IMG/VR virus record: IMGVR_UViG_3300003962_000117
Length of the DNA stretch: 64,000 nucleotides
Origin: an uncultured virus (IMG/VR IMGVR_UViG_3300003962_000117)
Taxonomy: Duplodnaviria > Heunggongvirae > Uroviricota > Caudoviricetes
Reading direction: 5' to 3' (one strand)
The position numbers were made by a program, and so were the translations under genes. Below the pieces are notes generated by a model. The model searched no databases and was not told where the DNA came from. It was given only the letters and a program-made list of their open reading frames with translations. Position 1 is the first letter of the stretch, and every line of letters begins with the position of its first letter. Below, piece after piece: positions 57,148 through 64,000 of this stretch.

Positions 57148-57655
57148 AATCCGATAATATCACCCTGTATTCGTTATCTCTATCGCAATCGTCCATAGCC
57201 CAGTATTTAAAATCACAAGACGGATACTTGTCTGGCAGATTCATATTTTCATACTTATCCCAAACATGAAATCGTATTTTCATCTTAGTGTTAGCAGTGT
57301 TTTTTATCACACGTTCTATAATGTTTACAAAAGAGGAAGGATTATGCAGGCCAATATTGATGGCATTTACGCCCATAAGCTCTAATTGATGCGCCTTTTC
57401 TATGTCAAGATAAATTCCATTTGTATAGAGTATAATAAACTTATCCTTTGATAGCTCGCAAACCTGCCTAATCCTATCCATAAACATAAGGGGCTCTCCT
57501 CCTGAAATGCAAACATTACTGTATTTTTTAAAATCAATTTCTTCGAGAAAAGAACCATAAATGTCTTTCCTAAACCTATGATTCTCGTTGCAGCAGTAGG
57601 AGCACGATAGATTGCATTCCCACGCCACTAATATTCGTATAGTATCCACTTTCAT
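57137..57655 (-). CDS. radical SAM protein
   Basis: CNLSCSYC, ISGGEP, YTNG. Confidence 0.9.
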   Translation of the reverse strand: MKVDTIRILVAWECNLSCSYCCNENHRFRKDIYGSFLEEIDFKKYSNVCISGGEPLMFMDRIRQVCELSKDKFIILYTNGIYLDIEKAHQLELMGVNAINIGLHNPSSFVNIIERVIKNTANTKMKIRFHVWDKYENMNLPDKYPSCDFKYWAMDDCDRDNEYRVILSDYEK

Positions 57656-58338
57656 ATTTTGTGCAGTATTTTTTTAACACATTCTCCAATCGGACGTGCC
57701 GTATCAATAATAAGCTCTGGGCGCTCAGGCTTTTCATAGGGGCTATCAATTCCGGTAAACTCTTTTATCTCACCCCTCCTTGCCTTTACATACAATCCCT
57801 TTACATCCCTGCTCTCGCAAACCGATAAAGGCGTACTTATGTAGGTCTCGATAAATCTCGCACACATCTTCCTGCACGAATCTCTGGCCTCTGCAAATGG
57901 AGAAATCATGCTGACAATCACAATATACCCCTGCTTCTCAAAAATAGAGGCCATATAACCCACACTAACATTGTGCTTAATTCTCTCTTCTATACTAAAT
58001 CCGACTGGCGGTGGGACGATTTTTCTTATCTCATCTCCGTCAAGCAATATGCACTTTGCGCCTACTCCTGTCAATTTTTTAAATAACAACTTAGCTATCG
58101 TTGTCTTGCCAGCTCCCGACAATCCGGTCATCCATATAACACATGGCTTGTAGTTAAAGATGGTTTTATGCCAGAATAAATCAAAGGCAGAGTATGAAAA
58201 TATTTTAACAAAAACATCAATTCCTCCTAATGATAATGACAGTTTAAAATCTCCAGTAATTATAAAAGCCAGCACAGCAGTTATTATCGAGGAATAAATT
58301 CTGTATATGGTAGATTTTATTATGAGAATGTATTTCAT
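57652..58338 (-). CDS. cysC: adenylyl-sulfate (APS) kinase with N-terminal DUF2061-like membrane domain
   Basis: WMTGLSGAGKTT, LDGD, RDVKGLY, FTGIDSPYE. Confidence 0.93.
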   Translation of the reverse strand: MKYILIIKSTIYRIYSSIITAVLAFIITGDFKLSLSLGGIDVFVKIFSYSAFDLFWHKTIFNYKPCVIWMTGLSGAGKTTIAKLLFKKLTGVGAKCILLDGDEIRKIVPPPVGFSIEERIKHNVSVGYMASIFEKQGYIVIVSMISPFAEARDSCRKMCARFIETYISTPLSVCESRDVKGLYVKARRGEIKEFTGIDSPYEKPERPELIIDTARPIGECVKKILHKI

Positions 58339-58964
58339 GCCGCCTCCCTTATAAGTTTAAACCACGTTTGATGGCCATTGACGTGAACGTATTCCAGCCT
58401 CTCATAAATAAAACCAAAGGTCTTGGCTGCATCAATAATAAATCCCTCTGTATATGTTACGCATTCCGGATACTCCCATTCACTCCCAGAGTAGTCACTT
58501 TTCCCCTCCATAAATGTTCCAAAAAATAACGAATCTCCGCGCATGACCTCGCCTAAGCTCATAAGGCATTTCTCAATTTGGCGTTTCGAGCAATGCGTAA
58601 ATATTGAATGGGCTAAGACAAAATCAAAATCGCACCCAAACTCACCTAACTCGAAATTACTATCGTGCGAAAAATGTGGCTTCTTTATTCTAACCAAATC
58701 CCATCCAATCTCCTTTTCAATCCCAGTATTCAGCACGGATTCATTTGGCTCAATTCCATAGTAATTGCCCTCCATTAAATACGGTATCAATAATTTTCCA
58801 GCCCTCAAAGAACCGCATCCTATATCAAGAACTCTATGATACTCTCTGAGGCCAAGCTGAAAAAGTAGAATGAATTGATGGGCAGAAAAAAGGTCGTACT
58901 TGCGCCTGTGGCCTTTTCCGACATACTCCCTGTAATCAAAGTCTTTAGAATCTACGTCTATCAT
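58335..58964 (-). CDS. class I SAM methyltransferase
   Basis: VLDIGCGSLRAG, FD..LAHSIFTH. Confidence 0.9.
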   Translation of the reverse strand: MIDVDSKDFDYREYVGKGHRRKYDLFSAHQFILLFQLGLREYHRVLDIGCGSLRAGKLLIPYLMEGNYYGIEPNESVLNTGIEKEIGWDLVRIKKPHFSHDSNFELGEFGCDFDFVLAHSIFTHCSKRQIEKCLMSLGEVMRGDSLFFGTFMEGKSDYSGSEWEYPECVTYTEGFIIDAAKTFGFIYERLEYVHVNGHQTWFKLIREAA

Positions 58965-58966
58965 TT

Positions 58967-59641
58967 TTAATGATGCTTTAATGACTTGTCCAAAAATTCA
59001 TTCACCTTAATCAAATTATCCTCGCTATAATTTAAAAATGGAAGCTCGTGCTGCAATTTAGAAATGACGCTCTGCGTATTGTTGATGAGATGGTCGAACT
59101 TGACAACAACCCTACTCTCTTTAATCATGGCGCTTTCTAAATGATATAAATATTTTCTTATCAATGCCCTGCACACATCTTCCTCAAACCCATTTCTGGC
59201 AATCAAAGATTTCACTATTTTATATTCATCTCTAACGGATTGAACATACTTGACATCATATCCGAGCTTAATCAAAGCACTCTTATACAAAGGCAGTAGC
59301 AAACAAATTCTTGGGTCTTTAATTGCAATGAGAGGATGCCCGCCAAATACAGATTCGAGTACATACTCAATCAATGGCTTTAATTCACTTATGAGAGATT
59401 CGTGATTTACTAATACTCTCAGAACTGCATCGTGCGGGTCATCCCAAGAACTATTTAGCTTCTTGCTGAGAATGTACTCATTCAGGTTGAATATGCTTTT
59501 GTTTTCAAAAAAGCCCTTCGGGTTATCCTCTGCTGGAGGGGATATATCCTCGCCCAAATATGCACCTAAAATATTAATAACCCCAGTAAGCGCACTTGTC
59601 CCGCTCCGGTGCATACCAACTATTAAAATTGCGACCTTCAT
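58967..59641 (-). CDS. sulfotransferase-family protein
   Basis: GMHRSGTS, NPKGFFE, KDPR. Confidence 0.85.
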   Translation of the reverse strand: MKVAILIVGMHRSGTSALTGVINILGAYLGEDISPPAEDNPKGFFENKSIFNLNEYILSKKLNSSWDDPHDAVLRVLVNHESLISELKPLIEYVLESVFGGHPLIAIKDPRICLLLPLYKSALIKLGYDVKYVQSVRDEYKIVKSLIARNGFEEDVCRALIRKYLYHLESAMIKESRVVVKFDHLINNTQSVISKLQHELPFLNYSEDNLIKVNEFLDKSLKHH

Positions 59642-59688
59642 ATATCTGCTTTCAAAAAAATGCGTCTCGAAATATTATTTTAAAAAGG

Positions 59689-60219
59689 CTATATCTTCTC
59701 GATAAAATAACTCGACCAGTCATCGGTTGAGATGAACATCTTAAATCCGTTGTTCAAGCAAAATTCATCAACGGCTTTTTTAACCTCGTGATATGGATAG
59801 TCGTGACCGCACAAATATCCACCCTTTTTAACTTTATGCCACCACATACCCAAGTCCTTTGTAACCGCATCATAGCTATGGTTGGCGTCAATATAAACAA
59901 AGTCAAGGCTGTTATCATCAAACATACTGACAGCCCTGTGCCCAGTAGCCCTTATCATGGTCGCTCTCTCTCCGAAAGAGTATATCCTATCAAATGCGCT
60001 TGACAGGTTTTCCCTCTGAGCGTCTGCGCCCACATTAGCTACATCATTATAAGATTCTCTTGGCAGCTCCCTCCAAATATCAATCAGGACTAACTCTCTT
60101 CCATTCCAATTTTTCAGTATGTGCTCAGAATACTTCGCCTTCTGAACTCCGAGCTCAACCCCGATTCCTACCAGACCTTTTTCATTAAGAAATGCTGGAA
60201 AATCTTCCCTTGTTTTCAT
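59689..60219 (-). CDS. Methyltransf_24-type SAM methyltransferase
   Basis: GVELGV, LDFVYIDANHSY, KKGG...GHDY. Confidence 0.9.
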   Translation of the reverse strand: MKTREDFPAFLNEKGLVGIGVELGVQKAKYSEHILKNWNGRELVLIDIWRELPRESYNDVANVGADAQRENLSSAFDRIYSFGERATMIRATGHRAVSMFDDNSLDFVYIDANHSYDAVTKDLGMWWHKVKKGGYLCGHDYPYHEVKKAVDEFCLNNGFKMFISTDDWSSYFIEKI

Positions 60220-60226
60220 TTTTGTT

Positions 60227-61078
60227 TTATTTAGTTGGTTTATAATTTATTGCTTGTTCTGCTATTTTCAGATACCTGTGAATCATTAAATGATTGTTCA
60301 TTATCCAATTTTGATTATCCTTTATCATCGCCTCATAACCCGCCTTTGGTATAGACAATATTTTTTCTATCTGCGAGAATATATCTTCATAGTTGTGATA
60401 AAAATACGCCCTGTCAGCGAGTGAAGGTATCTTTGCGCACTCCTCGTTATAATCAGTAAGCAGCATTCCGCCAAATCCTATATTCTCAAAGACTCTATAA
60501 TTGCATTCGTTGGTACTGGACTTGTTAAACGCCACATAGGAGTCCTGAACTACATTAGCATACTCTCTCCATGAAGCGGTTTTTATTGTATAAGATATTT
60601 TTCTCGCATCTAAATCAGACTTGAATTTATCAAAAAACAATTTCCTATTGACATATTCATCAATATGGCCGACAAACGAAAGCTGCTTCCCCCTGCCCTC
60701 TTTTATTCTTCTCATCAAATCTAATGTAAAAAAGAATCCGAGAGGAAGATGGGTTGACGGCCTATTCAGTTTCCTCCTCATTCCATCAACAGACATAAAA
60801 ATATAATCATACGAGTTTGCATAATTCGGATAGGCGCTAAAAATTCCGCCATTATCTATGAACCACATTGCTTTAGGCACTTTTACGCTGGCCATGAGAT
60901 GCGAATAGATGGACTTACCTTCATTAAATTCCTGCTCTATAATTAAATCTGCATTTTTTGCTCGCTCGTAAAAAACCTCTTTAGGCATTTTATAATTATA
61001 AAAACTCGCATCAAAATATTCACCGAGCCCCATAAAATCCGAGTCCCATAGCGTGAGAAATAATACCTTTGGCTTCAT
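60227..61078 (-). CDS. CgeB-like glycosyltransferase
   Basis: SFVG, FN......NYRVFE..G.G.MLLTD. Confidence 0.75.
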   Translation of the reverse strand: MKPKVLFLTLWDSDFMGLGEYFDASFYNYKMPKEVFYERAKNADLIIEQEFNEGKSIYSHLMASVKVPKAMWFIDNGGIFSAYPNYANSYDYIFMSVDGMRRKLNRPSTHLPLGFFFTLDLMRRIKEGRGKQLSFVGHIDEYVNRKLFFDKFKSDLDARKISYTIKTASWREYANVVQDSYVAFNKSSTNECNYRVFENIGFGGMLLTDYNEECAKIPSLADRAYFYHNYEDIFSQIEKILSIPKAGYEAMIKDNQNWIMNNHLMIHRYLKIAEQAINYKPTK

Positions 61079-61728
61079 ATTGAATACCCTAATTGCTTTT
61101 CCTGATTTATATCAAGGCGCTTTCTTATCGCAGACATATATCGAGATGGGATTTTGTATTTCGGCTTACGAATATATGTTCCGCCATACGTCTCGTCACT
61201 ACTCGTTATAATTATGTTGCTGCTTTTCCTTTTAATGGAAAAATTCTTTCCAATATCTACAATGATTTCCCTTCCGTTTCTTTTTATATCCTCGTACCTT
61301 ATCAGCACATAATTACTTACCATCTCAGGCATCCTGTCGAGCAAGTATTCATTTTTCAACTTCCTTAACTCAAAAATATCCTTATACTTTTTTTTATCTT
61401 TCCAATTCCTATCCTCTATAATTTCATTTCCAGTCGCCTCATCAATAGAAACCCATTCGTCAAGTAAAAATGAACCCCATCTCTTATTTCGACCAATAGG
61501 AAGATGATGAGGGTGTTTTTTTAAAGAAGCCATCCATTGAACAGGGTTCCTGACAATTCCTATAAATAAAACATCATCAGTTCCAGATAGGTCGCTGTGT
61601 CCAAAAAAATGCTTCCATCCCCATAACTGCAAATGCTCTATGTCAAAATTATCTAACATAATCTTTTGAATAAAGTTAGTGCCGGAACAACGCTCTCCGT
61701 ATATGGTAAAGATTTTTATATCGCCCAT
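61075..61728 (-). CDS. sulfotransferase-like protein
   Basis: GERCSGTNF, GWKH, RNP..W..S, IRYED. Confidence 0.75.
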   Translation of the reverse strand: MGDIKIFTIYGERCSGTNFIQKIMLDNFDIEHLQLWGWKHFFGHSDLSGTDDVLFIGIVRNPVQWMASLKKHPHHLPIGRNKRWGSFLLDEWVSIDEATGNEIIEDRNWKDKKKYKDIFELRKLKNEYLLDRMPEMVSNYVLIRYEDIKRNGREIIVDIGKNFSIKRKSSNIIITSSDETYGGTYIRKPKYKIPSRYMSAIRKRLDINQEKQLGYSI

Positions 61729-61746
61729 TACTATTAAATTCTCAAA

Positions 61747-62490
61747 CTACAAGTTCATTTTTTTCACTCCTAAAAAAAGACCTCTGTATTTATTATATTC
61801 AAATGGCTTGCCTTCGCTAAATACGGTCTGCTGATACACGATGTCAAACCCTACCTCTTTGATTGCCTGAATTAGTTGCGTTTTTTTGAGCCAAAAAGAT
61901 TTGCTATTACTGTACGAAGCCCATTTATTCATCTCGACTTTATCGCGAGTGGTATTGGAGTCGTATTCAAAAAACCACCTACCCAACTTCCCTTCATTCT
62001 CGCATATTGGAGATAAGCTAAACTGGCAATCGCGCATATCATCCTCTGCATAATGAGTGTCTATGATTATAGTGTCGGTTATAGCTCCCATCTGCTTTAA
62101 AAATGAAACCGGATTGTCCAGATGGTACAAAATCCCGCAACAAAGAATCGCACCATACTTTTTTGACGAGCCGATATTTTTTACATCATCTTTCACAAAG
62201 ATGAGATTTGATAGTTGTTTAAACTTGCTTTTTACAAATAGGCATTTCTGATAATTGGACTCGCGAGCCTCTACCCCAATTACGTCATATCCCATCTGCG
62301 CAAGCGCCACCGAATATCCGCCCTCAAGACATCCTAAATCCAAAATAGACGACTTAGCTCTAACGAATCTGCCTATACTGTCATAAACGGCTCGACTAAG
62401 AACGGAGTCTTTGTGCTCCTCTTTGCCAGCATCCATCGTAAATGTTCCGTCTGGAAATTTTATATTATGGGCTGTAAATTGCTCTGTCAT
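61747..62490 (-). CDS. class I SAM methyltransferase
   Basis: ILDLGCLEGGYS, GVEAR, CCGILYHLDNP. Confidence 0.9.
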   Translation of the reverse strand: MTEQFTAHNIKFPDGTFTMDAGKEEHKDSVLSRAVYDSIGRFVRAKSSILDLGCLEGGYSVALAQMGYDVIGVEARESNYQKCLFVKSKFKQLSNLIFVKDDVKNIGSSKKYGAILCCGILYHLDNPVSFLKQMGAITDTIIIDTHYAEDDMRDCQFSLSPICENEGKLGRWFFEYDSNTTRDKVEMNKWASYSNSKSFWLKKTQLIQAIKEVGFDIVYQQTVFSEGKPFEYNKYRGLFLGVKKMNL

Positions 62491-63998
62491 TATAGATTTA
62501 TGTTGATATATTTTTTCTCAATCCATCCAACAGTCACTTCATAATTTTCAACCGACAATCCCCATCTTTCACAAAATGCCTTACGCCTCTCTTTGTACAT
62601 ATCGCTCAATCCGCGCTTTTTAAGCTCCCTTCGTCCAAAATTTTTATCGTGATAATAATTGGGCGCATTTACCGAATATGACTTCCAGCCCTTAGCTCTC
62701 ATTGCGTAGAAAAAATAATCATCTTCATATCCCCATCCAAAGCTATTAAAGGGTGGGTGCGATGGGAATCTTACCTCCCTAAGCACATCTGTTCTAAATA
62801 ATCCATACTGCGTCCAAGCCATTGGATACCAGCAGTTGATTTTCGTAATGACTCCCATTTTTTCATCCGCATCGCTCCGGCTTAATGTGCCGCTCCAGTG
62901 TCCATTATTTTTTTGACTCCTTTCATAATCGTAATACCCAATGATTGCTGCGTCCGGAAACATATCCATTACCAGAGAATACTTTCTGATAGTGTCTGGC
63001 ACATAAAGAATATCTCCATCAATCAAGAATGTTCGCTCGTGCGAAGCCAAGCATACGCCAAGATTTCGAGCAATAGACGAGCCGTAATTGTCGTTAAGTC
63101 GAACGTATTTTATCTGAGAACCAAACTCCTTAAATAGCTTGCCCGAATTATCATCGGAGCCATTATCCACCACTATGACCTCTATGCCTTCGGCCAGCAA
63201 CCTTCGGGCTGACTCTACGGATACATGACTCTCGTTCCAGTTAGTAATAATGGCGCTGGCCTTAACATCTTGATATTTTTTGTCATACACTTTTTTCATT
63301 CCGTTCTTAAATTCAAATTGCTTTTCTTCATCAAGAAATTTATGACTCACTCCGCCAAGATGATTAACGATTGAGTCTTTTACAAGTGCGTGCCTGAATC
63401 CGTGATTTTGTAATTGTTTTGCGTAATCATTATCCTGAAACCAGAACTTAAACTTCTCATCGAACTCTCCTATCTTTTTCAAAACCTCTTTCTTCATTAC
63501 AACGCAGTACCCGAATACCTGCTCGCCAACATTATAGCCGAGCCATACCGGAGACGGGACGGATATTTCGGGTCTCGCCTCGAACCACTCTTTCCAGAAA
63601 GGACAAGCCGAATCGAGATTGTGCTCGCCCATTGCATTTACCATTTCAGATAACCACCCTCCTTCAAAAATCACATCGTTGTTTGTAGCGACAATGTACT
63701 TGCTTTTGCATTTTGAAAATCCTATGTTCAAAAACTTGTTGAAATTAAATTCCTGCTTCGGAATAATCACATTAGCGTCATATCCTTTTGGGAAATCCTT
63801 GTCGAATTTTTTATTGGTTTCTATCAAATACACATTGAACTTGACTTCTTTTTGAGAGCCTCTCAGAGATGAAATTGCGTTCTTGGTCATTTCGTATATC
63901 TGCTTATCCTTCGTATAGGACAGCATTACCACATCAACCTCAATGCCTATTGGGTGCTGCTTTACGAGCTTAATGGAATATAGCTTCCACCCTTCGCA
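62490..63998 (-). CDS. tandem GT2 glycosyltransferase, 5' end outside window
   Basis: two GT-A domains (NNDV...FDEKF.FWFQDND; VVDNGSDD...RNLG...IDGD...WGYEDD); frame open to edge. Confidence 0.9.
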   Translation of the reverse strand, partial: CEGWKLYSIKLVKQHPIGIEVDVVMLSYTKDKQIYEMTKNAISSLRGSQKEVKFNVYLIETNKKFDKDFPKGYDANVIIPKQEFNFNKFLNIGFSKCKSKYIVATNNDVIFEGGWLSEMVNAMGEHNLDSACPFWKEWFEARPEISVPSPVWLGYNVGEQVFGYCVVMKKEVLKKIGEFDEKFKFWFQDNDYAKQLQNHGFRHALVKDSIVNHLGGVSHKFLDEEKQFEFKNGMKKVYDKKYQDVKASAIITNWNESHVSVESARRLLAEGIEVIVVDNGSDDNSGKLFKEFGSQIKYVRLNDNYGSSIARNLGVCLASHERTFLIDGDILYVPDTIRKYSLVMDMFPDAAIIGYYDYERSQKNNGHWSGTLSRSDADEKMGVITKINCWYPMAWTQYGLFRTDVLREVRFPSHPPFNSFGWGYEDDYFFYAMRAKGWKSYSVNAPNYYHDKNFGRRELKKRGLSDMYKERRKAFCERWGLSVENYEVTVGWIEKKYININL

Positions 63999-64000
63999 TC

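Noticed and set aside
1..64000. Diversity-generating retroelement, retron, or virion structural module
   Set aside because: No reverse transcriptase, TR/VR pair, terminase, capsid or tail genes recognised in this window; the phage call therefore rests on gene architecture

Overview
64 kb of what is most likely a large (jumbo-type) phage of a Bacteroidota host. Support for this: dense, short, co-oriented ORFs with ATGA overlaps and no Shine-Dalgarno sequences, TAnnTTTG Bacteroidota-type promoters, and no housekeeping operons. Positions 1-48.4 kb (+ strand) carry early/middle hypothetical genes, a host-like TPR-SpoIIE phosphatase, two J-domain proteins and a replication/recombination block (PD-(D/E)XK nuclease, RecT, DnaB, DnaQ, SSB). 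Positions 48.4-52.3 kb (- strand) form an RNA operon: 12 tRNAs, several anticodon-less or remodelled tRNA mimics and unassigned structured RNAs, a ~200-nt minimal RNase P RNA abutting an HNH gene, and half an acyl carrier protein. This operon lies downstream of a promoter, a 48-codon leader ORF and mutually exclusive antiterminator/terminator hairpins, i.e. a candidate translation-sensing attenuator, which is the best candidate for an undescribed system. Next come a degraded IS1595-family element with 24-bp perfect IRs and (- strand) a glycosyl/methyl/sulfotransferase cluster with APS kinase and WecB. All assignments come from motifs and base pairing read by eye; no searches were run.
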